Assembly: GCA_964600895.1 (NCBI GenBank)
Contig: CAZRKP010000004.1
Coordinates: 125,321-189,320 of the forward strand
Direction of reading: 5' to 3'
DNA: 64,000 bases
From: an uncultured Victivallis sp.
Lineage (GTDB): Bacteria; Verrucomicrobiota; Lentisphaeria; Victivallales; GWF2-50-93
Shown here: positions 18,451-27,610 of the stretch, in pieces
Layout: each line of letters begins with the position of its first letter
Position numbering within the stretch: position 1 is the first letter of the stretch
Notes under the pieces: model-generated
Databases searched by the model: none
What the model was told of the DNA's origin: nothing
What the model saw: the letters and a program-made list of their open reading frames with translations, nothing else
Translations under genes and position numbers: made by a program

Positions 18451-19458
18451 TTATTTCCCCTGCTTGGCCTTTGGCTGAGCTGGATCAGCAGTAATAAGGT
18501 TGAAGTTCTTATCGCTGTGCGTCTCGGAAGAGACCGGCAGATCGGTTATGATGAGCATAGTGCCTGAAGCAATTGCAGCTCTCATCTTCTCGACAAATTC
18601 CGGAGGAAGCACAACCTGTTCGGACAGGACTTTCACGTCCGGAGATTCTCCCCCTCCAATATTTGTGATGATCAGCCAGTTGCGTTTACCGTCAGAGTCC
18701 TTGCTGTCAAGGGCTGTATAGACATGGCTTCCCGAAAGCTTGAACTTCTTTTTCATAAGAAATGCAGCTCTCCCTATCTGCACGCTGTTGCGGAAGACGT
18801 ATGCGACTGAGTCCGGTATGCTGAAGATTATTGACATAGCCCCCTCTGGAGATTTCTCCGGTTGCCATTCGAATCCAGTGGCCGGAAGTTTTCCAGTAGG
18901 CGCATCTCCGGTCTTTCCGCTCAGCAGAAGTCCGGGACTTGCAGTCTGTCCAGGCGCAAACTTCTGGTCCGTCACAATGACGGTCGAGCTGTTTTTTGTC
19001 ACTGAATACAGATTCTCCGCGAACTCCTCCGACAGCCGCACACAGCCGTGCGAGGCGGGATATCCTGGAAGCTTGCCCGCATGCAGGGCTATTCCGTCCC
19101 AGGTAAGCCGCTGCATATATGGCATCTTTGCGCCCTGGTAGATCGAAGACTCATGATCCTCCTTCTTCTGGAGGATTGTATATATGCCAGTCGGGGTAGC
19201 GTGCTCCTTGTCGCCAGTGCTGACGGTTGAACGTCCGATGCGGACTCCGTTGCGGTACACGTAGATCTCCTGTGACGGTATGCTGACAATGACGACGACC
19301 GGCCCCTTGGGAGATATTTCCGGAACCCAGACGTATTCGCCTGGCTTCAGCGGTTCCTCGGGCAACGGTTCGATCTCGCTGCCCTTGGTAAAACCGCTCT
19401 GGGCAAAAACTGAGAAGGCAATCACCAGAGAGAAAACTGCTGTAAATATAAATTTCAT
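18451..19458 (-). CDS. L,D-transpeptidase (YkuD) family protein, exported
   Basis: Signal peptide MKFIFTAVFSLVIAFSVFA. Catalytic block: TPTGIYTILQK...LHAGKLPGYPASHGCVRLSEEFA. The second half is a degenerate repeat without the HGC motif. Confidence 0.9.
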   Translation of the reverse strand: MKFIFTAVFSLVIAFSVFAQSGFTKGSEIEPLPEEPLKPGEYVWVPEISPKGPVVVIVSIPSQEIYVYRNGVRIGRSTVSTGDKEHATPTGIYTILQKKEDHESSIYQGAKMPYMQRLTWDGIALHAGKLPGYPASHGCVRLSEEFAENLYSVTKNSSTVIVTDQKFAPGQTASPGLLLSGKTGDAPTGKLPATGFEWQPEKSPEGAMSIIFSIPDSVAYVFRNSVQIGRAAFLMKKKFKLSGSHVYTALDSKDSDGKRNWLIITNIGGGESPDVKVLSEQVVLPPEFVEKMRAAIASGTMLIITDLPVSSETHSDKNFNLITADPAQPKAKQGK

Positions 19459-19533
19459 GGTTACTAAAGTAATATGGGGTCATAGGAAATCAAGAAGCTC
19501 GCGCAGCACCGCAAATACACTGGTAAATTATAA

Positions 19534-19589
19534 AACTTTGTGCCTCTGTGCTTCTGTGGTTAACTTTTCCTTCGTGAACTTCGTGGTGA
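19534..19589. repeat. solo copy of intergenic repeat modules (cctctgtg...gtggttaa module plus ttcgtgaacttc module)
   Basis: aactttgtgcctctgtgcttctgtggttaac (19534-19564) resembles the right arm of the 17983-18216 element. It is followed by ttcgtgaacttc at 19571-19582, which recurs at 23466-23477 and, reverse-complemented, at 22252-22263. Confidence 0.45.
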
Positions 19590-20666
19590 ATGTTCTTTGA
19601 AACATCTCCCTTTCCGGATTATCTTTCCCATATGAAAAATCACACAAAAGCACATGCGGTTATAGATAAGTCGTTAACCGCCCTGATAGATGAACTTGTC
19701 AGCAAGTCCGCCACTGAGGGAAGTCGTGAACTGTTCCGCGAAATCCTCACCACCGCGATAAAACTTGGCAGGGAAACAGGCGACAAGGCGGATCTGAAGC
19801 TTGTCAACACCACGCTGAAGGAACTAAGATACTCCTTCAAGATTTTCTCCCCCTACCGCAACGTCAAAAAGGCGATAATGTTCGGTTCGGCGAGGTCCAA
19901 GGAGACATCGGTCGAATATAAGATGGCTGAGGAATTTGCTGGCAAGATCACGCGCAAGGGGTTCATGGTGGTCACAGGAGGAGGTCCAGGTGTCATGGAG
20001 GCCGGCAACAAAGGCGCTGAACACGGCAAGGATTTCGCCTTGAACATCCGTCTGCCTTTCGAACAGGAGCCCAATCCGTACATCGATGAGAAACAACGAC
20101 TGATAAGTTTCAAATATTTCTTCACCAGGAAACTGATCTTCATCAAGGAGACGGACGCCACCACTCTTTTCCCGGGAGGATTCGGCACGAACGACGAGGG
20201 ATTCGAGGCGCTTACCCTGATCCAGACGGGAAAATCCATGCCACGTCCAATAATCCTTATGGAACCGCCGGGCTCAACCTACTGGACCGACTGGGACCAT
20301 TTCGTGAGGAAACAATTGGTGGGGGAAGGATATGTCAGCAAGGAAGACCTGAACCTTTACTGCATCATGCACGATGTCGACCAGGCGGTAAAATACATTG
20401 AGGACTTCTACAAGGTCTACCATTCGATAAGATATGTCCGTGGTCTGACGGTGATTCGTCTCAACCACGAGATCTCACCGAAGAAACTCCAGCATCTGAA
20501 CCGTGAGTTCAAGGATATCATTACCGAAGGCGAGATTAAGCCTTCGCCTCCTGTCGATGAGGAACTCAAGACCGGAGAACATCCCGCCCTGCCCCGACTT
20601 GTGATGAAGTTCAACATGCGCAATTTCGCCCGACTCTGCGAGATGATCCATGAAATCAACAGATGA
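19590..20666 (+). CDS. LOG-family (TIGR00730-type Rossmann fold) protein
   Basis: Motifs: IMFGSARS, VVTGGGPGVMEAGNKGA, PGGFGTNDEGFEALTLIQTGK. The start is uncertain: ATG at 19590 lies inside the repeat, and the alternative ATG is at 19632 (MKNHTKAH). Confidence 0.8.
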   Translation: MFFETSPFPDYLSHMKNHTKAHAVIDKSLTALIDELVSKSATEGSRELFREILTTAIKLGRETGDKADLKLVNTTLKELRYSFKIFSPYRNVKKAIMFGSARSKETSVEYKMAEEFAGKITRKGFMVVTGGGPGVMEAGNKGAEHGKDFALNIRLPFEQEPNPYIDEKQRLISFKYFFTRKLIFIKETDATTLFPGGFGTNDEGFEALTLIQTGKSMPRPIILMEPPGSTYWTDWDHFVRKQLVGEGYVSKEDLNLYCIMHDVDQAVKYIEDFYKVYHSIRYVRGLTVIRLNHEISPKKLQHLNREFKDIITEGEIKPSPPVDEELKTGEHPALPRLVMKFNMRNFARLCEMIHEINR

Positions 20667-20790
20667 AGAATGAACCAGATAATTAGAATGGCACCGTTTA
20701 TTTCTTGCTTCCTCATTTTTCTTAACTATTTTACATGCATCATGAGATCAAAATTCCTATCACCCATATTAAACCTGTGGAGAATCTGAT

Positions 20791-22230
20791 ATGAACGCAT
20801 TTCCGACTGCCGAACAGCTTGCCGCGGAACAGCGCAAGCAGGAGAAATATTTTGAATATCGCGGTGTTGACAAGGATTACGTGCACGCGAGCGAACAGGG
20901 CATTGAACGGTTTCTTGACCGGAAATTCGGTCTTCGCATACACTGGGGACCGTACTGCATGTTCAATTTCAAGGAATCATGGGGACTTACGCAGGCAGGT
21001 CATGAGCTCCAGGCCGAGTATGAGAAACGTGCGCTCGAGTGGAATCCGGTGAAATTCAACGCCGATGAATGGATGACGATGATCAAGAACGGAGGAGCGC
21101 AGTTTTTCTCGTTCACAACGAAGCATCTCGACGGTTTCTCGATGTTCGACACGAAGACGCGCGTAAAACGGCGCATGGGGCACACAGGACCGGACAGGGG
21201 ACGCATCGTGGAATGCGACCTTGCGTATTCCATAATGGAAACTCCGTTCAGACGGGATGTCGTCCGAGAGCTTGTCAATGCCGGACGCAGGCACGATCTC
21301 GGTATAGGTCTTTATTTTTCACATATCGACTGGTTCAACATGGACTACCGCTGCGATCGATGGAATCCTTACCTTGACACCTCTTACACTCCGCAGAGCG
21401 ATCCGGATGGCTACGCGCGCATGCTGGCACGTCACCGCGAACAGCTTCTTGAAATCTGCACGAACTACGGGCCGCTCGATGTCCTTTCGCTCGACATGAA
21501 CCTTCCAGATGAGAAGTTTGGTTTCACGAAGAACATCATCGATACAATTAAGATGATAAGACGGCTGCAGCCGGACGCTCTCTTCCGCAATCGCGGCATC
21601 GGCGCATATGGCGATCATCATACGCCGGAGCGTAAGCTCCCGAGTGAAACAGCGGCAGGAGCGGAGCATTATGACCAGCTCAATCTCTCCAAGATGGGGC
21701 GCCCATGGAAAGCGATATATCCGGGAAGTACCAACTTCTCTTATATGCACACCGACGAATACAAACCGGGCGAATGGATCATCGACAATCTCGTTGATGC
21801 CACCGCCAAGGGTGGAACATTCCAGGTGGGTTATGGTCCAGGCCCTGATGGCACGTTCCATGCGGAGATAAAGAACCGATTCGAATACACCGGCGCATGG
21901 CTCCGTGCATACGGCGAGGCGATCTATGCAACGCGTCCGTTTGATGTCTATCATGAAGGACGTCATGTCCGGTTCACCCGCAGCAAGGATGGTAGAACCG
22001 TCTACGCGATATTCCTGCGTTGGCCAAGCGGGCACTTCGCTGTCGAGTCATTCAAGCTTACGGCGCTAAAGGGGAAAAAGATCGCGTCGGCAACGCTTCT
22101 CGGCGCTAACGAAGCACTGCGATTCAAACAGGATGATAACGAAGTAACCATCGACATCCCCGCATGGTTCCGGGATGAGGAAAAACGGCCTTCAAGGAAG
22201 GGGGCGGTGGTAAAATTCGTGATTGAGTGA
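20791..22230 (+). CDS. alpha-L-fucosidase, GH29 (no obvious signal peptide)
   Basis: Motifs: FGLRIHWGPYCM, GAQFFSFTTKHLDGFSMFDTK. Confidence 0.85.
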   Translation: MNAFPTAEQLAAEQRKQEKYFEYRGVDKDYVHASEQGIERFLDRKFGLRIHWGPYCMFNFKESWGLTQAGHELQAEYEKRALEWNPVKFNADEWMTMIKNGGAQFFSFTTKHLDGFSMFDTKTRVKRRMGHTGPDRGRIVECDLAYSIMETPFRRDVVRELVNAGRRHDLGIGLYFSHIDWFNMDYRCDRWNPYLDTSYTPQSDPDGYARMLARHREQLLEICTNYGPLDVLSLDMNLPDEKFGFTKNIIDTIKMIRRLQPDALFRNRGIGAYGDHHTPERKLPSETAAGAEHYDQLNLSKMGRPWKAIYPGSTNFSYMHTDEYKPGEWIIDNLVDATAKGGTFQVGYGPGPDGTFHAEIKNRFEYTGAWLRAYGEAIYATRPFDVYHEGRHVRFTRSKDGRTVYAIFLRWPSGHFAVESFKLTALKGKKIASATLLGANEALRFKQDDNEVTIDIPAWFRDEEKRPSRKGAVVKFVIE

Positions 22231-22251
22231 GATATCCAACACGAAGAGAAT

Positions 22252-22263
22252 GAAGTTCACGAA
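22252..22263 (-). repeat. reverse-complement copy of the ttcgtgaacttc intergenic motif
   Basis: gaagttcacgaa at 22252-22263 lies 22 nt after the GH29 stop. Its flanks resemble the 23440-23490 copy. Confidence 0.35.
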
Positions 22264-22381
22264 TGCGAAATTCATTGTCTCCATGCATGGGCGCTTGACT
22301 CACAAGCCAGGCAGTTATAATTTTCCTTCGGAAAGAGTACATCTTTCCCTTTTGACGTGAAAACAATGAGGAGGACGGAAC

Positions 22382-23383
22382 ATGATAAAGGCGTTTGCTG
22401 CATTTGAGCCAGGTGGAGAACTTAGGCCTTTTGAATATGAGCCGGGCCCTCTCAAGCCTCATGAGGTCGAGATCGATGTCAGATACTGCGGCATCTGCCA
22501 CAGCGACCTCAGCGTGATCAACAACGACTGGAACAACTCCATATATCCAATGGTCCCGGGACACGAGGTCATAGGTACGATTGCCAATAAGGGCGAAAAT
22601 GTCAAAAGCCTTGAGATAGGACAGACCGTCGGACTCGGATGGCATGCCGGCTACTGTAACGAATGCGCGTGCTGTAAATCTGGAGACCAGAATTTATGCT
22701 CAAGCTCCACAGCCTCCATCATCGGCCATTACGGTGGTTTTGCGGAAAAGGTCCGTGCCGACGACAACAGCGTGGTCCCGATCCCCGGAGGAATGGACCT
22801 TGAGTCGACCGGTCCGCTCTTCTGCGGAGGGATAACCGTCTTCAATCCGCTTGTCCAGTTTGACGTAAAGCCCACCGACAATGTCGCTGTCATCGGCATC
22901 GGCGGACTCGGTCACATGGCCCTGATGTTCCTCAACGCCTGGGGTTGCGATGTAACAGCGTTCACATCCAGCGAATCAAAGAAGAAGGAAGCACTTGGGA
23001 TGGGTGCTCATCACACTCTCGACTCACGCAACTCCGAAGAGATAATTAAGGCATCCGGCCATTTCGACATGATAATTTCTACGGTGAACGTGAAACTCGA
23101 CTGGAACCTCTACATGAACACGCTCAAGCCAAAAGGCCGTCTGCATTTTGTTGGCGCCACATTGGATCCGCTGGACATCGGCGTGTTCTCCCTGATAGTC
23201 GGCCAGCATTCCATATCGGGTTCCCCAGTTGGAAGTCCTGCGAATATCGCAAAGATGCTGGATTTCGCGAAGCTTCACAACATCAGGCCGGTGATCGAGA
23301 AGTTCAAGATGGAGGACGTGAACAAGGCGATCGCAAGGCTTAAAAGCGGACAGGCCCATTACAGGATTGTGCTGTGCCGCTGA
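22382..23383 (+). CDS. zinc-dependent NAD(P) alcohol dehydrogenase (YahK/cinnamyl-ADH type)
   Basis: GAGGAGGA RBS. Motifs: HEVEIDVRYCGICHSDLS, VPGHEVIGT, VIGIGGLGHMA. Confidence 0.9.
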   Translation: MIKAFAAFEPGGELRPFEYEPGPLKPHEVEIDVRYCGICHSDLSVINNDWNNSIYPMVPGHEVIGTIANKGENVKSLEIGQTVGLGWHAGYCNECACCKSGDQNLCSSSTASIIGHYGGFAEKVRADDNSVVPIPGGMDLESTGPLFCGGITVFNPLVQFDVKPTDNVAVIGIGGLGHMALMFLNAWGCDVTAFTSSESKKKEALGMGAHHTLDSRNSEEIIKASGHFDMIISTVNVKLDWNLYMNTLKPKGRLHFVGATLDPLDIGVFSLIVGQHSISGSPVGSPANIAKMLDFAKLHNIRPVIEKFKMEDVNKAIARLKSGQAHYRIVLCR

Positions 23384-23465
23384 CACAGTAGTCTTACATA
23401 AGGCCAATTATTTCCTCTCACAAAGGCACTAGCCGGGCAAAGGTAGATATTTCTGCTTCGTATTC

Positions 23466-23477
23466 TTCGTGAACTTC
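23466..23477 (+). repeat. copy of the ttcgtgaacttc intergenic motif
   Basis: Exact 12-mer shared with 19571-19582. Context: ttctgcttcgtattcttcgtgaacttcgcggtgagagaatc. Confidence 0.35.
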
Positions 23478-23635
23478 GCGGTGAGAGAATCTCAAAACTT
23501 GCACAGTTGCGCATTCATTCAACTGCTTCCCGGACTAATCCAATATATTTTCAATTTATAATAAAAAGGATCCAAGACGGATTAAGTCTTTCGATACAAG
23601 ATCCTGAATACTTATTACTGGTAACTGTTTTTTTA

Positions 23636-24991
23636 CTATTTCAGGATGGCACCGTTCTTCTTAAGCGTGGAAACAAGTGCCCTGGTGTCCAGCGTGCAGG
23701 CTGTCTGTCCGGTCTTGATTGACTGCACGGCGGCTGTTCCCGCGGCCTGTCCCATCATTCCTGCAGCAGGCATCACCCTGATCGATCCGTGCACCTGTTC
23801 GTCGCTCGAATTGCAGCGCCCTGCGATCCAGAGGTTCTTCCATCCCTTCGGCACGATGATCCTGTATGGTATGCCGAAGCATTCACCTTCCTTCAATCTT
23901 CCGCTCTTTGCCCTTTCCTCATTGAATCTTGCAAGCTCCTCAGGTGAATCGTCCTTCACATGGATGTCCACGAACTTGTTGAATATTCCGATCTGGTCGG
24001 GGAACTGGCGCCTTGCACGATAATCATCTATGTTCAGTTCGTATTCACCGACGATCCGCCTCGATTCCCTGACACCCATCAGCGACGCCGTGGTTATATG
24101 TTCCATGTTCTCGAAGCCGGGGACATATTTCCTGAAGAAGGAGATGTATTCTTGGACAATCTTCCTTCCTCTAATCATTCCATCGCTTAGGCTCCTGTTG
24201 TTCAGAGCGTCCATTCCGAAGACATGTCCGGCATTAAGCATCGCCGAATGCACGCCGGTCCTGAACATTCCCGGCATCATCTTGTCCTTATGAGAAAAAT
24301 GACCTTCGTCCACGGCGATTCCGATCATCTTGTACTGATGATGCTCATGATCGGCATTATACTTATCCCAGTCGATAGAGGAACAGAGTGAACATAAGGT
24401 AGGAGGCATCGGCGGAGGAACACCGTTGTGACCTGCCTCCCTGCATTCCGCACCGCAGATCTTTGCGAGAACCGCATCACCGGTGGCGTCTACGAACGTC
24501 TTCGCGGGAATGAAGCTGTATCCTTCGATGTTGTGGATGATCACTCCCTTGACGCTCTTGTCCTTCGGATTTGAATCGGCGTCTATCACTTTCGTGTAGA
24601 ACCTGATCTCTACTCCGGCCTTTGCGGTCAATTCATCAAGAAGGAGCTTGAGACCTTCGGCGTTGTATGGGGTCCAGCAATGGTAATTCTTCCTCCAGAA
24701 ATCCGTGGTCACCTGCGGCCCTAGAAACTTTCGTTCATAAAGCGTCTCGACGATCTCGCTCATGATGCCGCCAACCAGCTGTCTATTTCCATCGGCCATC
24801 GGATCGAACGCGGTGACAAGTCCGGAAGTTCCCATTCCCCCCAGGCATCCTGTCGCTTCCAACAGAAGCACTTTTGCGCCAAGTCTTGCTGCACAGATCG
24901 CAGCGGCGCTTCCTCCGGGACCTCCACCGGCGACAACAAGGTCATATTCGTTCTCAGTTTTTATCTCGCGTTTCAAACTGTAGGTTTTCAT
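23636..24991 (-). CDS. FAD-dependent oxidoreductase (FAD_oxidored-type), tandem paralog A
   Basis: AGGAGG RBS. Dinucleotide-binding motif: YDLVVAGGGPGGSAAAICAARLGAKVLLLEATGCLGGMGTSGLV. Confidence 0.85.
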   Translation of the reverse strand: MKTYSLKREIKTENEYDLVVAGGGPGGSAAAICAARLGAKVLLLEATGCLGGMGTSGLVTAFDPMADGNRQLVGGIMSEIVETLYERKFLGPQVTTDFWRKNYHCWTPYNAEGLKLLLDELTAKAGVEIRFYTKVIDADSNPKDKSVKGVIIHNIEGYSFIPAKTFVDATGDAVLAKICGAECREAGHNGVPPPMPPTLCSLCSSIDWDKYNADHEHHQYKMIGIAVDEGHFSHKDKMMPGMFRTGVHSAMLNAGHVFGMDALNNRSLSDGMIRGRKIVQEYISFFRKYVPGFENMEHITTASLMGVRESRRIVGEYELNIDDYRARRQFPDQIGIFNKFVDIHVKDDSPEELARFNEERAKSGRLKEGECFGIPYRIIVPKGWKNLWIAGRCNSSDEQVHGSIRVMPAAGMMGQAAGTAAVQSIKTGQTACTLDTRALVSTLKKNGAILK

Positions 24992-25012
24992 GAAATTCCT
25001 CCTTATTGCATT

Positions 25013-26368
25013 CTATTCAAGAATTGCTCCGTTTTGCCTGAGAGTCGAAACTAGCGTTCCGGTGTTCAGGGAACAGGCAGTCTGTCCGGTCCTGATCGAC
25101 TGCACCGCCGCAGATCCCACAGCCTGTCCCATCATCGCAGCTGCAGGCATCACCCTGATAGAACCGTGCACCTTGACATCGCTCGAATTGCAGCGGCCCG
25201 CAACCCAGAGATTTTTCCAGCCCTTCGGGACAAGTATCCTGTATGGTATCCCGAAACACTCTCCAATTCCAAGCCTTCCGCTCTTGCTCATTTCCTCGCG
25301 GAACCTCTCATATTCCGCAGGTGAATCGTTCTTTACATGGATGTCCACGAACTTGTTGAATATCCCGATCTGATCGGGGAACTGACGCCTTGCAAGATAA
25401 TCGTCAATATTCAACTCATATTCTCCTACAATGCGTCGCGACTCCCTGACTCCCATCAGCGATGCCGTGGTTATATGCTCCATGTTCTCGAACCCCGGGA
25501 CGTATTTCCTGTAGAATGAAATGTATTCCTGGGCAAGCTGGCGTCCTTTTACCATTCCATCGCTAAGGCTCCTGTTGTTCAGCGCATCCATTCCAAAGAC
25601 ATGTCCTCCGTTCAGCATCGCCGAATGAACCCCTATCCTGTACATTCCAGGAAGATGCTTGTCCTTATGCGAGAAAAATCCCTCTGAAATGGCTTTCTCA
25701 AGCATCCTCTGCTGATTATTCTCCTTATCAGAATTATATTTGTCCCAGTCGACGCAGGAACAGAGCGAACAAAGGGTAGGAGGCATCGGAGAAGGAGCGC
25801 CGTTATGCCCCGCCTCCCTGCATTCGGCACCGCAGATCTTCGCGAGTACCGCATCACCGGTTGCATCCACGAATGTCTTCGCGGGAATGAAGCTGTATCC
25901 TTCGATATTATGGATGATCACGCCTTTGACAGATTTGCCGGAGGCATCCACTTCGGCGTCGATGACCTTGGTGTAGAATCTTACTTCAACGCCTGCCTTT
26001 GCGGCAAATTCATCAAGAACGATCTTGAGCCCTTCAGACTTGTATGGGGTCCAGCAATGGTTTTTCTTCCTCCAGAAATCTGTAGTGACCTGCGGTCCAA
26101 GAAATCCTCGCGTATACATTGTCTCCACCACTTCAGCCATGAAACCTCCGACGAGTTGCCTTTTTCCATCGGCCATCGGATCGAACGCGGTGACAAGTCC
26201 GGAAGTCCCCATTCCGCCCAGGCATCCTGTCGCCTCCAAAAGCAGCACCTTCGCACCGAGTCTTGCCGCGCATATGGCGGCAGATGATCCTCCTGGACCG
26301 CCGCCTGCTACAACCAGATCATATTCGTTCTCAGCTTTTATTTCACGTTTTAGAATGTATGCCTTCAT
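25013..26368 (-). CDS. FAD-dependent oxidoreductase, tandem paralog B
   Basis: ORF 25013..26443. The internal start MKAYILKREIKAENEYDLVVAGGGPGG at 26368 has AGGAGG upstream. It is colinear with paralog A and identical at roughly four-fifths of positions by eye. Ends in TAG. Confidence 0.85.
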   Translation of the reverse strand: MKAYILKREIKAENEYDLVVAGGGPGGSSAAICAARLGAKVLLLEATGCLGGMGTSGLVTAFDPMADGKRQLVGGFMAEVVETMYTRGFLGPQVTTDFWRKKNHCWTPYKSEGLKIVLDEFAAKAGVEVRFYTKVIDAEVDASGKSVKGVIIHNIEGYSFIPAKTFVDATGDAVLAKICGAECREAGHNGAPSPMPPTLCSLCSCVDWDKYNSDKENNQQRMLEKAISEGFFSHKDKHLPGMYRIGVHSAMLNGGHVFGMDALNNRSLSDGMVKGRQLAQEYISFYRKYVPGFENMEHITTASLMGVRESRRIVGEYELNIDDYLARRQFPDQIGIFNKFVDIHVKNDSPAEYERFREEMSKSGRLGIGECFGIPYRILVPKGWKNLWVAGRCNSSDVKVHGSIRVMPAAAMMGQAVGSAAVQSIRTGQTACSLNTGTLVSTLRQNGAILE

Positions 26369-26590
26369 GGTATTCCTCCTTTTAATGGATTTATCTCTTT
26401 CAATTCCCTGAAAATAGCATTTAGCAACTGCCCAAACTCGCATTAATTGGCTATAAATCTGGATAATTCCGCTATATTGACTGGATTCTTATCTTTGCTG
26501 CAGAGCAATGAATGACTGCCCTTGTAACCTGCAGATATGAAACACGGTATAACTGGATATCTCATTAATTATTATTCTTTATGAGGGAAT

Positions 26591-27571
26591 ATGAAGCAGA
26601 AAATCAGGGCGGTCATGTTGTTATTGGCCTCATTGCCCTTCTTAGCCGGGACAGGTTGTTCAACTTACTCCCAGGAGGAGAAGGAATCTTTCGGCAGGAC
26701 ACAGGTCCATACGCTGAAGTTCGGCGAAATTAACAGGTCCTATTATCTTCACGTACCGGCAAAGATGGACATTTCACGGTCAATCCCTCTTCTGCTCGCA
26801 TTCCATGGCGGAGGAGGAACTCCCGCATACATCGAACGCGAAAGCAAGTTCAGCCTGATCTCAGACCGTGAAGGGTTCCTCGTCGCATATCCTGAAGGGA
26901 TAAGAAAGAGCTGGAATGACGGTCGCAAGATCAATGCAATCCCTGCACAGAAGGAAAACGTGGATGACATCAATTTCATCGTGGCGATGATAGACGAAAT
27001 CTCCAAGTCATATAAGGTTGATGAAAAGCGCATTTTCGCAACCGGAATCAGCAATGGTGGAATGTTCTCCTATTCCATGGGGATCAGGCTTCCGGAAAAG
27101 TTTGCGGCAATAGCCCCTGTCGCCGGAGGTATTCCCGAACCATTGAAGGACAGCTTCAATCCAGAACATCCTGTTTCAGCCATAATCATCAATGGTACAG
27201 ACGATCCACTTGTTCCATATACCGGTGGAGAGATATCCATCTTCAGAAGCAAGAGGGGAAGAATCCTTGGAGCCGAGGAGTCAACAAGGAAATTTGCCGA
27301 GAACGACAGATGCACCCCCACTCCGGTTATCGTGGATATTGCAGACAAAGATCCCAATGATGGATGCAAAGTGAAGAAATACTCTTATGGGAAAGGCAAA
27401 GACGGCACGGAGGTCGTCCTTTATCGCATAGAAGGAGGTGGACACACATGGCCTGATGGACGCCAGTACCTCCCTGAAATGCTTATCGGCAAGCTCTGCC
27501 ATGACATCAACGCTTCAGAAATAATATGGGAGTTCTTCAAGAACCATCCCAAGAAAACTGAAGGACCATGA
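26591..27571 (+). CDS. esterase, PHB-depolymerase/feruloyl-esterase (CE1-like) family, probable lipoprotein
   Basis: Lipobox-like LPFLAGTGCS. Motifs: PLLLAFHGGGGT, and nucleophile elbow GISNGGMFSY. Confidence 0.8.
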   Translation: MKQKIRAVMLLLASLPFLAGTGCSTYSQEEKESFGRTQVHTLKFGEINRSYYLHVPAKMDISRSIPLLLAFHGGGGTPAYIERESKFSLISDREGFLVAYPEGIRKSWNDGRKINAIPAQKENVDDINFIVAMIDEISKSYKVDEKRIFATGISNGGMFSYSMGIRLPEKFAAIAPVAGGIPEPLKDSFNPEHPVSAIIINGTDDPLVPYTGGEISIFRSKRGRILGAEESTRKFAENDRCTPTPVIVDIADKDPNDGCKVKKYSYGKGKDGTEVVLYRIEGGGHTWPDGRQYLPEMLIGKLCHDINASEIIWEFFKNHPKKTEGP

Positions 27572-27610
27572 TCCACTCCCACTTTTCCTGACACGCCCAA
27601 ATATCATGAG

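Noticed and set aside
18270-18494. A 74-aa ORF in the gap upstream of the L,D-transpeptidase stop.
   Set aside because: It has no RBS and no recognisable similarity. It overlaps the 3' end of the transpeptidase gene on the opposite strand.
23590-23625. Similarity of ggatccaaga...gatacaagatcct (about 23596-23620) to the block-1 heptamers of the pilin leaders.
   Set aside because: Only one or two heptamer-like units are present and there is no adjacent FTLIELL ORF. This is most likely chance resemblance.
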